A stretch of DNA of 62,890 bases, the filler included, from Chiloscyllium plagiosum (Eukaryota), in NCBI RefSeq assembly GCF_004010195.1. It is 4 parts of one record of this genome, joined end to end, with 100 filler letters (N's around TTAATTAATTAA, not from the genome) between each part and the next. Parts side by side here need not be neighbours in the genome. Positions count along the whole stretch, not along the records: positions 1 to 22,782 come from NC_057717.1; 3 more parts are not named here. One strand, 5' to 3'. Every line of letters starts with the position of its first letter. Position 1 is the first letter of the stretch. Positions 1 through 12,486 of this stretch are shown piece after piece. Below the pieces are notes generated by a model that saw nothing but the letters and a program-made list of their open reading frames with translations, did not search any database and had not been told where the DNA came from. Position numbers and translations under genes: made by a program.

Positions 1-468
1 ATACAGTCAGTCAATGCGGTATTTTATAAACTCCTACTTTGGACATAAACCCAGACTGACTCCAGGTGAAGACATAGATAGACTCCAAACAAGACCTCAC
101 CGTAAAATATATTGCCTGACCGGACGGGTCACCTCCTTTACATCGATAATACCTGAAGGTGTCTCCAGGCAGTGACTTGAAATAAATTCTCGGGATTGCA
201 CATTAATCAATCAAAACCTTCATCTCGATTCTAACCAATTAAAGATTTAGGAGCCATATTCGATGTGTTCAATTCATGCACATGAGTTGTACAACCCTTT
301 GATCTTTCCTCATAAATTCTGTTTCTAAGGTCTTCTCTCTCTTACACCTGATGAAGGAGCAGCGCTATGGAAGCTTGTGTTTCTAAATAAACCCGTTGTA
401 CTAAAACCTGGTGCCGTGTGATGTTTGACCTTGTCCAACCCAGTCCAAAGCCAACACTTCCATGTCAT
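1..468 (+). mobile_element. Penelope-like element 3' terminal (pLTR) relic with degenerate hammerhead motif
   Basis: CTGATGAAGGAGCAGCGCTATGGAAGCTTGTG at 348 and the following AATAAACCCGTTGTACTAAAACCTGGTG closely match the better preserved copy at 22083-22170. The GAAA box is mutated. Confidence 0.65.
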
Positions 469-509
469 CGTTTTTTATTGGTTCGCAATATTTGCTCCAA
501 GCAAATAAA

Positions 510-770
510 TTTTCCTAACCCCATGTGCTCTTGTTTTTGATATTAACTTTTTGTCAGGTACTTTATGCATTGCCTTCTGAAAGTCCAGATATAATACATC
601 ATTCGGATCCTCTTTGTTAACCTTGTTTATCGCATTTTTTTTTAATGTTAGACAAATAATTCAAACATGCTTTACCCTTAATAAAAATCATGTCGACTGA
701 GGTGGATTGTGCTTTTACTTTCAAAGTCTCCTGTTAATTTCTTAACAACAGAAATAAACAATTTGCCTTC
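510..770 (-). mobile_element. Old CR1 LINE RT fragment
   Basis: Reverse strand reads as decayed QHGF..GK / YLDFQKA..KVP RT motifs. Confidence 0.55.
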
Positions 771-1164
771 AGTCCCAATCGTTTACTCATAACTTTCCAT
801 TCCCGGGTGAAGTTGGTTATTCGAAGTTATTCCCTTTCTATAACCTCTACGTTCCCTTTCACAATTCCTGTGTGACAGACACAAGGCTGTAAAAGATCTA
901 CTCTAATTGTTGTGTAAGAGCCATGGGTGGCTAATTGGAATCATTCTGTTCATGCTTTACACACTTGATGGGCTGAATGTCCTCCTAGTGTTCCTACATT
1001 TTAAGTTCGATGGCTTGCATGTCCTGCGACTATTCCTGACCAAACCGCTCAAGACCTCAATGTCCTTCTCCTGTTGCTCAATGACAGGTTTGGAGATGTA
1101 TGTAATCTCCCTGCTGTTATGCCACGTTTCGGGGGTTGAATTGTGCAGGCAGGCTGGACTGCCC

Positions 1165-1470
1165 ACAGAGGTAGTTCAGTGGTTAGCACTGCTGTCTCCC
1201 AGCACCAGATATCTGGGTTAAATTTCAGTCTCGGTCAGTATATGTGTGGAGTTTGCACATTCTCCCTGTCCCTGCAAGTAGTCCCATCGGGTACTCCAGT
1301 TTCCTCCCGCAGTCCCGAATTGTGCAGATTAACTGGATTAGTTATGGAGAATGTCAGGTGTGCAGAGATTGTGCTGGGGGGATTGGGGTTTGTATGGGAT
1401 GGTTTTCACCGTATCAGTGTGGAGTCGATGGGTCAAATGGCCTTTTTCTACACTATAGGGATTCTATGAA
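1165..1470 (+). mobile_element. HE1-like V-SINE
   Basis: tRNA-like head (GTAGTTCAGTGGTTAGCACTGCTG), V-domain TGTGTGGAGTTTGCACATTCTCCC...TCCAGTTTCCTCCC, and CR1-derived tail ending GGATTCTATGA. Confidence 0.85.
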
Positions 1471-1679
1471 TAACACCTTTGTTGCAGAAATCATTTGTGG
1501 CAATAATCTCTGAGTTAATTCCAATGTCGTTTCCTCAATGAGGAGATTAAAGCTAAGCACATTACTCCAGATGTGATCTCACTAACTTCCTGTACAGCAG
1601 CAGCAACACATTACCAGCCTGCTGTAATGTTGCCACTAAGGTTAGAGCAGGCTCAGCGGTCTGGGGGAATACACAGTAT

Positions 1680-2230
1680 TGTTGAAAATATATGGTGTGT
1701 TGACCTTCATTTCAAAGGGATTTGAGTCCAGGAGTAAGTGTGTCTTGCTACAGCCGTGCAAGGCCTTGGTGAGACCAAATCTCGAATATTATGCAATATT
1801 TTGTGCCGTTTTGGTTTCCTTACCTCATAAAGGGCAAAACTGACACTGATGGAGTGCACCGAAGAGTGCCCAGACTGATCTCTGGGATGAAAGGCTTGTT
1901 GTGGGAGCAGAGTTGAGTTGACTGGGTCTGTGTTCCATAGGGTTTAGCAAAATCGCTGAACTATGTACATCTCCGACAGAACGAGACAGTATGAAAGCAA
2001 GGATGATAATTCCCCTGGCTAGGATGGCTAAAACAAGGGCCCACATCATTAGGGCCAAAGTGCATTGAGATGAGAATAAATGTCTGAACTCAGAGATCGG
2101 TGAACCTGGGGAATTTTCGACCACATTAGACTGTGGAAGCCGAGGCGTTGAATATAAATAAAGATTTCTAGACACTAAAGGAATGGGAATAGAACAGGAG
2201 TATGGTATGGAGATAGAGGATCAGCGATCA
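1680..2230 (+). mobile_element. Old CR1 LINE 3' fragment
   Basis: Decayed ALVRPNLEY-like coding motif (GCCTTGGTGAGACCAAATCTCGAATATT) followed by a CR1-type 3' region. Confidence 0.6.
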
Positions 2231-2433
2231 TTACGGGTATTTCTCCAATTATGCGGCAGCTGCATTCCTGTGGAATACTGTATTATAGAAAACGGTGCAA
2301 TATAAATAAGGGGACCAATTCGAAAAAGAGGGTAAGCGGCGAACCTTCGATAATATCAGTAAAAATCAAAAATCAAAAATCAGTAATAGTCAGCCTAACA
2401 CAAACGATAACACAGTCTGCACAAATCTTTAAA

Positions 2434-2486
2434 CCAACATCGAGGGCCGAAGGGCCTGTACTGCGCTGTATTCTTCTATGTTCTAT
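2434..2486 (+). mobile_element. Extremely 5'-truncated young CR1 (3' tail only)
   Basis: CAACATCGAGGGCCGAAGGGCCTGTACTGCGCTGTATTCTTCTATGTTCTAT is near-identical to the reverse complement of the CR1 tail at 22372-22428. It is absent from duplicate unit B. Confidence 0.85.
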
Positions 2487-2759
2487 ATATTGTAATGAAT
2501 TAGTACAGTAAATGTAACAAATTAACACTACAGTCACTGACTACAGCAGTGTGCCTTCCACCAAGCTCTTCACCAGAAAGCGCACGAGCTGACTGACCGC
2601 GTGATGCCGACGCAGAATTCAAGTTCTCTCCAAGATTCAACAGGACTGTATTTCTCGTTCTGATACTGAGGCTGGGGCCGGGTGTTCTGTTCGGTTTTAT
2701 CCTTTAAGACCTTGGAGCAGTTTCATATAATTGAGTGTCTTGCTTGGCCGATTCAAAGA

Positions 2760-3030
2760 CCATTGAATAATTTATCACACGTCTGTACGTCTGGAGTCAC
2801 TTTTAGGCCAGACCAGGAAAACACTGGAGATTCACTTCCTGAATGCACATTGGGGAAGGAAATTGATGTTTCCAATCGACTTTTGCTTCAAGATCACTAT
2901 TACTGACACCAGATTTTAGATCTCGATATTTTATTAATTGTTTTAAACCTCCACCAACTGCCAGAGCATTAGCCTTGTCTGGAATAGTAATCCAGTGACA
3001 TTTTCACGATAGCACCATCTCCACATGGGG
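2760..3030 (-). mobile_element. Decayed tRNA-derived SINE
   Basis: TCTGGAGTCAC...AGGCCAGACCAGG core shared with copies at 7000-7250, 20700-21030 and 23785-24285. Confidence 0.6.
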
Positions 3031-4090
3031 ACCAACCGGAAACCACACTGAGCGGGTTATTTCTGTGCTAGTTGCCAGCTCTGTCAAAAAGAACTCCCAC
3101 CAATTTGGCTTTTGTGATGGGTCTGATGGGGTGGTAATTGGTCAGATTGTAATTATTCCTCTCTTAGGGAACAAGACATAGTTGAGTAATTTTCCACATT
3201 GCCAGGGAGATGTCAGAGTTGGAGCTGGAATGAAACACATTTCTCAGGGACACGGCTTGTTGTGCAGCACAAGTTCTGTCAAAAAGAACTCCCACCAATT
3301 TGGCTTTTGTGATGGGTCTGATGGGGTGGTAATTGGTCAGATTGTAATTATTCCTCTCTTAGGGAACAAGACATCGTTGAGTAATTTTCCACATTGCCAG
3401 GGAGATGTCAGAGTTGGAGCTGGAATGAAACACATTTCCCAGGGACACGGCTTGTTGTGCAGCACAAGTCTTCAGTCCAATTGCAGGAATGGTGTCAGGG
3501 CCCATTGCCTTTGTTGTATCTAATATGTTCAGTTGTTTCTGCATGTCACGTACAGCGAATCAAATCGGTTGAAGACTGGCATCTGTGGTACTGTGGGCAT
3601 CATGGCGAGAGTGAGTTGGATCATCAACTCAGCATTTCTGGCTGAGGACGGTGAAGATCCTTGTCTTTTACAAGAATGTAAGGGCTATTCTGTTAAGTGG
3701 GATGGGGATATTTGTGGAGTCCTCTCCTCCAGTGAGTTGTTTAATTGTTCATCGACATTTATGTCTGGATATGGCAGGACTGCAGAGCTTAGATATGATC
3801 GGTTAGTCTCGGGATCATTTCTATTTCAGATGTTAGTTCTGCTGTTTGGAATGTAACCAGTCAAGTGCGGTGCCTTTAATGGGTTGTCATCAGGATTCGG
3901 TACAAATGATTCGACCCTGGCGTGTTCACCCACACTCGTCACTGAACCATAGATTGGCTTGTTGGTAATGGTAGACTCAGCGTTGTCCTGGGGAAAAAGT
4001 TGCTTATTGTGATTGAATACAGTTCTCTTGCTGCTGTGATTCTGCAGTACCAAATGAATGCCCAGTTTGAGCTCCAATATATGCAATTCA
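3030..4090 (-). mobile_element. CR1/L2-group LINE ORF2 fragment (decayed)
   Basis: ORF 3359-3544 LDTTKAMGPDTIPAIGLKTCA...MWKITQRCLVP is the typical pre-RT region of non-LTR ORF2. Confidence 0.8.
3080..3469. repeat. 195-bp direct tandem duplication (2 copies, 2 mismatches seen)
   Basis: 3080-3274 repeats at 3275-3469. The paralogous LINE at 7300-7500 has only one copy. Confidence 0.95.
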
Positions 4091-4479
4091 ATTCACCTCC
4101 TATCCCCCTGTTCACACCAAGATCCATTCACCCAACAGCCCTGTACTTAGTGACCTAACCTGATTTCTGATGTGGTAACACTTTCATTTTCATATTCTCA
4201 TTCTGCTCAGGGTTCTCCCTGGCATCACGCCTCCAATTTGTTACATTACTCAAGCCTTTAACATATTTATCTGAATCGTATCAATTCCTGTAATGCAATC
4301 ATCTGACTTTGAAGTGAATGTGTTCCCTTCTGTTTCTCTCCCTGACTATGATTAAGTGGACTGTAGTCTCAGAATCAATGAATGTGTGCACCTTGTGTTT
4401 TTTTTTTACTTCCCTGTATCAGTTGCTCTGTATTGGACGAGACGTTTGAGCAGCTTTGACACACGCCTGTGGAACTTGT

Positions 4480-4770
4480 TCGAAAACAGAAATTGCTGAA
4501 GAAACTAAGCAGGTCTGGCAGCATCTTGTGGAGCGAAAGCAGAGTTAATCTTTTGGGTGCAGTGACCCTTCCAGAATGCTCCTAATTTATCCAGCAATAT
4601 CTGTATTTTTATTTCCAGTACCCAGAGTCATTCGTTTAATTGAAAATTTGTTCCATGCCCATTCATTTCTGGAGAAATTCAGCAGGTGTGGCAGCATCTC
4701 CAGAGACAAAGAAACAGAGTCAGCGTTTTATGTCCAGTGTGACACTTCTACAGAACTGAAATGGATTGCA
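4480..4770. mobile_element. Penelope-like terminal fragments, partly inverted
   Basis: AACAGAAATTGCTG..AAACT.AGCAGGTCTGGCAGCATC motif twice, with an inverted CCAGCAATATCTGT segment between. Confidence 0.65.
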
Positions 4771-4989
4771 AACTAAGCTTTTAAATCCCTTGACGGACTT
4801 GAGGAGTGGGTGATGGGAAAATGAGAGCATTGCAAAATATAAACGAGCTTTGAGGAGTGGTGAACGAGAAGATGACGTGAAATGGCTTTAAATTAACATG
4901 TGAATGGGGGAAAGGGGTTCTCTCCATTGAGTGCAAGATAAAGAAGCCACAACCACACAAGGTTATAGGGAGGCCAAGAGGGAGAATGC

Positions 4990-5815
4990 ATGAAAAATGG
5001 AGAACTGCCATAATAAGGTCAGGCTCTGAAGTTATGGAATTGTATATTAACCCCTGCAGGCTGTAACATGCAAAAGTGTAAAGTGAGGGTTCTGTAAATT
5101 GAGCTTGGGTTGTGCTTCATTGGAACATTGCAGCAGCCCAGGACTGAAATCGTAGCATGAGAGCAAGGTGGGTTATTGAAATGGGAAGCAGTGAGAGTGC
5201 CAGGGTAATTCCCACAGACAGTGGGAGCGTTCCTCAAAGCAATCTCTGTTTGGTTCCCCCCAGTTTAAAGGAGAATGCATTCGAGTAGGAATGATAAGAG
5301 ACTGTTTGGAAAAAGTATAAGTGAAATCCTGTTTCACCTGGAAGGTGTGATTGGGCCCTTGGACATTGAGATGGAAGAGGTGAATAGGCAAGTGTTGCAG
5401 CGTCTGCAATTGCAAGGGAAGTTGCCATGGGAGGAGTGGGGAAGTGTTCGGGGTTGATGGAGGCTGTCACAGAGGGAATGGTCCCTGTGCAATGCTGACA
5501 GTAGACGGCAGGGAAAGATGTGTTTGATGGTGCTGTCCTGCTGGACGTGGTGGAAGTGGCGGAGGATGATTTTGTGAATGTGGATTCCAATGCAGTAGGA
5601 AGTGAGGGCACGAGAAGGTCAATATTTGTTCTGAGAAGGAGGGGACGGAATAAGGGGAGAAGCGAAGGAGATGGGACAGTCACAGCTGTAGGATCAGTCC
5701 ATCAGAGTTAGAGCATTTCTCGTTTGAGAGAAAAGGTGGAAATGTAAGAAGTTTCCCACTGGAATGTTGCTTTATCGAACAGAAATGATAGAGCCAGAGA
5801 AACCGTGAGAATGGC
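4990..5815 (-). mobile_element. Penelope-like element GIY-YIG endonuclease region (decayed)
   Basis: Reverse frames give QGPNHTFQVKQDFTYT and GGTKQRL..HFNNPPCSH, homologous to the PLE C-terminus at 29200-29560. Confidence 0.8.
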
Positions 5816-6105
5816 GTCACTCTCAGCTGATCATGTGTTTAGCCACATACGGAGGTCCCCCCAACTTATTGAAAAGAGCAAGGCATTTCAGTTGTAGAAT
5901 TGTGTCTTATATCTGGTTATTTCAGGGTTCGCTCCTTAACCCCGTAGCCCCCGTTATTTATGTTGCACCATTATCAAACTGCTCCAAGATTTGGAACGAT
6001 AAGGGGAAGAAGGCGTTACGGGGTGAACCCTGAAATATCAGTAAAAAACAAAAATGTAAGGTGTTCTAACACACACTAGCCCAGTCTAAGTTAATCTTTA
6101 AAACA

Positions 6106-6187
6106 TATATTGCAATGAAATAGTACTTTACATGTAACACTTCAACTATATTGCAATGAAATAGTACTTTACATGTAACACTTCAAC
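6106..6187. repeat. 41-bp perfect tandem duplication
   Basis: TATATTGCAATGAAATAGTACTTTACATGTAACACTTCAAC twice. Confidence 0.95.
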
Positions 6188-6258
6188 ACTACAGCCACTG
6201 ATTACAGCGCTGTAGCTTTCACGATGCTCTTCACCAGATGCTTTTGTGGCTGACTGGC

Positions 6259-6348
6259 CACGTGATGTTGCCGTGGATTCCAGTTCTCCCAGAAATTCTC
6301 CCCCAGTTTGAAATGGTATTTCTTCGAAACCTAGACTACAAATCCCAG
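6259..6348. promoter_or_regulatory. Candidate promoter motifs: E-box and ZNF143/THAP11-type ACTACAnnTCCCAG site
   Basis: CACGTG at 6259-6264 and GACTACAAATCCCAG at 6334-6348. Motif match only. Confidence 0.3.
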
Positions 6349-6999
6349 TGTGAGGCTCAGATTCAAGGCTTGCAGAGCGGATTGCATCCCTGTTTAAGCT
6401 GAACACACTGAGTGTACATTTTGCAGGTAGAGGATCACGATCTTGGATTTTGCTGTTCAGCCAATGTTGGGATGGAATCACGTAACAGTGAACAGCAGTT
6501 TGCTTTATTATTTAAAAAAGCACACAATTCATTAACGGCATGGCAGCCAAATCATGATTAATAGGCATGTGTCATCACAGAACGGTCTGCATATTGATTG
6601 GAGGAGCAAAATTGATGGACAACAGGGACGACAGCTGTTTATTTTTACATATTTCACAATGTTAAAGCATATTAAGGGATACGAACACTGTGCGAGGAAA
6701 ACTTCAGTGAGGAAATTTTCTCCATTAGCTAGAATGGGGAAGCCTCAACGTGTTGAATGCCCTACTCCTTTCCTGATGTTTCTGTGCAGTCTGTGGGAAA
6801 GCTCTGTAAAAGTTGTCAATAGCTGTTACATGTTCGGAAGGAAATCTCTTCAGGGTCGACAGGACTGTGTCTCCCGTTCCCTTTTCCGATACCGAGTCTA
6901 GTGCCGGATATTGGGTCCGGTTTTACCCTTGAAGCACTCGAAGCAGTTTGATAAAATTGAGTGCCTTGCTTGGCCGTTTCAGAGACCATTGAAGAGTAT

Positions 7000-8140
7000 A
7001 TCACATGTCTGTGTGTCTGGAGTCACTTTTAGGCCAGACCAAGAAAGCACGGTATAATTACTTCCTGAAAGTACATTGGGGATGGAAATCGATGTTTACA
7101 CACGACAATGATTTTAGGGTCACCATTACTGACACCAGATTTTAGATATTTATATGTTATTAATTGTTTTTAACTTCCACCAATTGACAGAGCGTTAGCC
7201 TGGTTAGGATTAGTAATCCAGTGACATTTCTACAACTGCACCATTTCCACATTGAGATCGAGCAGAAACCGCACTGAGCAGGTTATTTCTGTACTGCTTG
7301 ACAACTCTGTCAGAAAGAACTCCCACTAATTTGAGTATCCAGGTGGGACTTATGGGGTGGTAATTTGTCAGATTGTAAGTATTCTCCTCTTAGCGGACTG
7401 GACATACTTTAGTAATTTTCCGCATTGGCAGGGAGGTGTCAGAGTTGGAGCTGGAATGAAACAGCTTCCCCAGGGATACGGCTTGTTGTGCAGCACAAGT
7501 GTTCAGTCCTATTGCAGGAATGGTGCCAGGGCTCATTGCTTTTGTCGTATCTATTGTGCCCAGCTGTTTCTTCATCTCACGTGCAGCAAATCGAATTGAA
7601 TGAAGACTGGCATCTGTGATTACATGTGCATCATGGCGAAGGTTATCTGCATCATCCAAGCAACACTTCTGGCTGAGGATGGTGCATACACTGCATTGTT
7701 GTCTTTTACACTGATGTACAGGGTTGTTCCATTATTTAGAATGGTGATATATCTGGAGTCCTCTCCTCCAGTAAGTTTTTTGATGGTCCGTTGATATTTA
7801 TGACTGGATGTGGCAGGACTGCAAATCTTAGATCTGATCTGTTTGTCTTGGGATAATTTCTCCCTCTCTCCCAGATGTTAGCCCTGATGTTTGGAATCCA
7901 ACCAGTCAAGTGCTGTAGCTTTAACGGGTTATCATTACGTTTAGCTACACATGATTCTGACTTTGGTGCGTTCACCCGATATTTGTCATTGAACCATAGA
8001 TCAGCTTCATGCTCATGGCAGACTGGTGGATTATCCTGGGTAAACAGTTACGGATTGTGATTGATTACAATGCTGCTTCTGCAGCTGATGATGACCACAG
8101 CATCACATGATAGAATCAGCTCGAACTGCAATATCTGCGT
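7000..8140 (-). mobile_element. Decayed SINE plus CR1/L2-group LINE ORF2 fragment (paralog of 2760-4090)
   Basis: ORF 7390-7659 IRFAAREMKKQLGTIDTTKAMSPGTIPAIGLNTCA. Confidence 0.8.
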
Positions 8141-8554
8141 TCTATTCTCCTGACCGTCCCGCAGTTCACATCGAGACCCATTCACCCATCAGCCCTGTAC
8201 TCAGTGACCTAACCTGGTTTCTGATGTGGTAACACTTCCATTTTCATATCCTCATTCTGTTGAGGGTTTCTCCCGCGTGTCACGTCTCCAATTTGTTATA
8301 TTACTGAAACACTTTAACATATTCATCTGAATCTTTTCCTTTCCCGCAATGCCATCTTCTGTGTTTGAAGTGAATGTGTTTCCCTCTGTTTCCCTCCCTG
8401 ACCATTATTAAGAGCTCTAAAGTATCAGTGATGCCAAACTTATGGAACCAAGGAATGTGTGCACCTTGTGTTGTCGTTCACCTCCTGGTGTATGGAAGTC
8501 CATGATGAACAGGGCGTATGAACAGCTTTGACACACAATTTTGGAACTTGTTCA

Positions 8555-8830
8555 AAAACAGAAATTGCTGAACAAACTATGCAGGTCTGGCAGCATATTC
8601 TGGAGTGATTACAGAGATAATCATTCTGCTAAGTGTCCCTTCTACAAGGCTCCCAGATCCTCCAGCATTTTTTATACTTTTATTTCGAGTATCCATAGTT
8701 GTTTATTTAATTGAAAATTTGTGCTGTGCCTATTCTGGAGAAACTCAGCAGGTCTGGCAGCATTTACAGAGATACGGAAACAGAGCTAGCGTTTCAAGTC
8801 TAGTGTTACACTTGTTCAGAATTGCAAATG
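8555..8830. mobile_element. Penelope-like terminal fragments (paralog of 4480-4770)
   Basis: Same GCAGGTCTGGCAGCAT motifs in the same arrangement. Confidence 0.65.
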
Positions 8831-9289
8831 ATTGGAAAATGGGCTTTTTATTCCCTTGTCAAAGGTGGGGGGTGGATGACAGTGGAAAGAGGGTGTGGCA
8901 AAAGATAAATCAAACTTCGATCAGTGGTGAACGGGAAGATGATGTAATATGGGTTTAAATTAAGATGTGAGTTGGGGAAAGGGGTTCTCTATACTGATTG
9001 CAAGCTAAAGAAGGCACAACGACATAGGGAGACCAGGAGGAAATATGTTGACTGTGTGGTATTACATGGATTTGGGCAGAGATACGTTTTCACTGTCGAG
9101 CTCTTCGCCCCCTTCAGACAAAGAAATTCAGGTGTGTGACTTCTTATTGGCACTAAGTAAGAGTTTCATGCTGACTTAATAATGTAATATGGAGAAAAAC
9201 AAATCACAGTATGTTGTTTACCATTCGCTTTTAATATTGTTTCAAATTTGCAGTGATTATTTTTAAATGCTTGGTCTTGAATTTAATAT

Positions 9290-9680
9290 CAGATGGAGTG
9301 TAGGAGGTTGAGGGGTGAAATTATAGAAGTGTATAAAATCATGAGAGACATGGATAGGTTACATAGCCAACGTCTTCTCGTCAGTTTACTGAATTTAAAA
9401 CATGGAGTACATAGCTTTAAGGTGAAAGGGGAAGATTTAAAAGGGACGAAGAAGCAACTTTTTCATGCAGAGGGTGACGTGTGCATGGAATGAACTGCCA
9501 GAGGAAAAGTGGTAGATACAGCTACAATATTGAAAAGACAGTTGGACATATTAATGGGAAACGTACAGAGGCATTTGGGCCAAGTGCAAGCAGGTGAACT
9601 AGTTTAGTTTGGAAAACCTGGTCAGAATGGACAAGTTGGACCAAAGGGGTTGTTTGTGGGTGATATGGCTGTATGAATCT
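9290..9680 (+). mobile_element. CR1 LINE 3' fragment
   Basis: ECRRLRGEIIEVYKIMRDMDR C-terminal ORF2 motif followed by a CR1 3' UTR. Confidence 0.8.
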
Positions 9681-10079
9681 AGAAAGTGAGAGGATGAAAT
9701 ATAAGATATGAAGTATGTAAATTGGCAATAAATATAAAAATAACAAGCAGCATGAGCTTTTCTGTGCTTATAACAAAAAAATGTTCAGGATGAGTGCGTG
9801 ACGTTTTGTGGAAATGAAGTCAGGAAAGTATATTGAGGATATTTGGAGGGTGTGACGGGAGAATTGCCCAGAGGGAATTTGCAGGTAATTTACACCAATA
9901 TTTTACATTGGTTCTCACAAGGTGAGGCACTGTAAATATTTCAATGCTATAAACAAAATTGTATTAGTAGGGAAGTCCTAACAAAGGGAACAAGGTTTTT
10001 TTAAACAAATAGCGAAGTGTAAGGGGGGGACAAGTCAGCAGCAATTCATCGCTGGTTTTAAAGGAAGTTGTTACAGAGT

Positions 10080-11270
10080 GACTGGTGGCACTGTGTAAAA
10101 TATTCCATAACTCTCTGGATTACAGGCGTGTTCCAGCGAAACTGGAGTACCTCCAATGTGGCGCCTGTCTTCAAGAAAGGAGCGAGACTGAAAACAGGAA
10201 CCATTTAGCTTCACCATTAATGCTGGGAATCTGCAAGAGTTTGTAATTAAGGAGGAAATTGCAGGGCATTTAGAAATGCTTCACGCAGAGTCAGTATGGT
10301 TTTATGAAAGGGGACCTATAAAAAACCATGCAAAGTGTACCCGGATAGCCCTGACAATGTAACAAGCGGACTTGATGAAAGGAAACTGGTAGACATGAGG
10401 CATTCCAGAGATTTTCCATAAGGTATCACAAAATAAAGGTTCTTACACAATACAGGAGCTCATAATATGACGGATAATATATTTGCATGAAATGGCGATT
10501 GGTTTACACATAGAAATTGGAGAGTAAGGATTAATAGATCTTTTTGATAAAATGTATCAACTGGAGTACCACAAATATCAGTCCGATTGCATCAGTTATT
10601 GACCATCTATACTGATAGCCTGATGTTGGAAGCTGAGTGCAGTATACATCCGAGTTTGTGGATGACGCTGAGAACCAAAAGACAGTCTGTTATTTAATGT
10701 AAATGACTTCCAAAAAAGGAGCAGCTCAAAGGGATTGGAGTGTTCCTGTGTATGAAACATAAAGTCAGCATGCTGATAAAGCAAGTAACTAGGTTGGTTC
10801 ATTAGGCGGGTTCCTGGGATGAAAAGGATGAATTATTGAGTACATCTAATTTGGTGAGGCGATTATTCATTGTGGCTGAAATGAATGAGGGCGATATCAA
10901 TGAAACTTACAAAATACAATGTAAATGTAGAGAATATGGGTCCACTCTTGGCCAGAGTCTTGAATTCGCGGATTATAGGTACAGAATAAGGGATACCGAA
11001 TTCAAACTGAGATGCAAAAAAGTCTTCTTTCTGAAGGTAGTGAAAATCTAGAATACCCTAACGCAGAGAGTTGTGGGGGCTGGGACACTGAATGTATTTA
11101 CAGACGGAGTGGAATGGTTTTTGACATATCAGCGAATTGAAGGACACAAGGGGTTAGCAGGAAAGTGGAATTGAGCCCTGGAGTAGATAAACCATGTACT
11201 TATTAAATGACAGTGCAGGCTTGAGGAGCCGAATAGACCGCTCCTGTTCCTATTTCTTTCGTTCTTAGGT
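10080..11270 (+). mobile_element. Old CR1 LINE ORF2/3' fragment
   Basis: Decayed NVAPVFKKG, SQYGFMKG and GVPQ motifs. Tail GAGCCGAATAGACCGCTCCTGTTCCTATTTCTT. Confidence 0.7.
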
Positions 11271-12024
11271 CATGCTCTTGGAAAGTAACTGGTAATTTTC
11301 CTGGAAGTCATGTTGTACGATGTTGCATTCCGGGAGAGTAGAGGATTTGTTTGAGTAAACTCTGTGTGGGGTATGGGGGCTGTATCCATAACGAATCTAG
11401 GTCTGTAACATAACCCAAGTGGGGATCAGACGTTACAGAGAGGAGAGGCCTGGAAAGAGGGATTTGGGGTGGGGGGTCACTTCCTGACTCAGCCTGGACT
11501 TTCCAAGTACATTTCTGACTCTACACCTAACTATCGGAGTGGCCTCGATCTGCCCCTGTATAGCAGATCCAAAGGACTGAATGGAACATCAGAACAAAAG
11601 GCTGACAAACATGATTGGGTTTTTCGGCCCTTTGACACTACTCCACCAGTAAATAAGAACATGGATCATCTCATTGTGTTCCCAGCTGCTCTTTTCTCTC
11701 CATGCACCATTATTCCTGATTCACTTGTCTATGGAAAAGCAGACGAATCCAGCATCGATATAATATAAAGATTCAGCTACCAAACTTCTGGGAAAGAGAA
11801 TTCCCACTTAAATGAAATCCCACTTTGTGATTTTCTCCTCACTCTTGTTCTGACAGAGGTTGGGAGAGTGTCAACAGTTTCCCTTTCTAGTCCCACTCCT
11901 CCATTACTCATAACAAACTTTAAATGTAACCAGGTTGGTGATTTGGCCGATGATAAAGGTCTCAGATTGGGTCAGGTTCAGTGACAGGAACAAGTCAGAC
12001 AGTTTTTTTTTCTTAATCCACAAG

Positions 12025-12370
12025 GAGCATGGTGGATCTGTGTTCAGCACTGATGCCTCACATCACCAAGCAGCTGACCTTAATTCCAACCTCGGGCGAC
12101 CCTCTATGTGGAGTGTAAACATTCACCCCGTGTCTGTGTGGGTTTTCTACCAGTGCTCCAGTTTCCCCCAACAATATAAAGATGTGCAAATTTAAGTGGA
12201 TCGGCCAGGCCAGATTGCCCATAGTGCCCAGGGATGTGTAGGTTAGGTAGGTTAGTCATGGGAAAAGCTGGGTTACGCAGAGGGGACAGGGCTGTCTGGG
12301 ATGCTTTTAAGTAGGTCAGTTTGGACTCGATGGGCAGAATGTCGTGCTTCAACATTGTCGAATTTCTATC
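12025..12370 (+). mobile_element. HE1-like V-SINE
   Basis: V-domain TGTGGAGTGTAAACATTCACCCCGTGTCTGTGTGGGTTTTCTACCAGTGCTCCAGTTTCC plus CR1-like tail. Confidence 0.85.
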
Positions 12371-12486
12371 AAAATGACACAAGTTTGGACTATAAAAACT
12401 CCCAGTGTGTATTTACCTGATCCACTGTTCTCAAGGTTTTGTATGTTTAAATAAAATCATGTCTCATTCCAAGAGTAACCTGTTAA

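Larger units (their letters stand above)
2240..4990. repeat. Segmental duplication unit A (paralogous to ~5920-9040)
   Basis: Colinear similarity to unit B across unique sequence and nested repeats, e.g. 2520-2640 vs 6180-6300, 2690-3070 vs 6915-7290, 4110-4360 vs 8165-8410, 4480-4990 vs 8555-9040. Confidence 0.85.
5920..9040. repeat. Segmental duplication unit B (paralogous to ~2240-4990)
   Basis: Same order of unique block, SINE, LINE fragment and pLTR fragments as unit A. It carries an extra ~6310-6880 segment. Confidence 0.85.

Noticed and set aside
1165..1240. tRNA gene
   Set aside because: It is the tRNA-derived head of a V-SINE. No complete cloverleaf.
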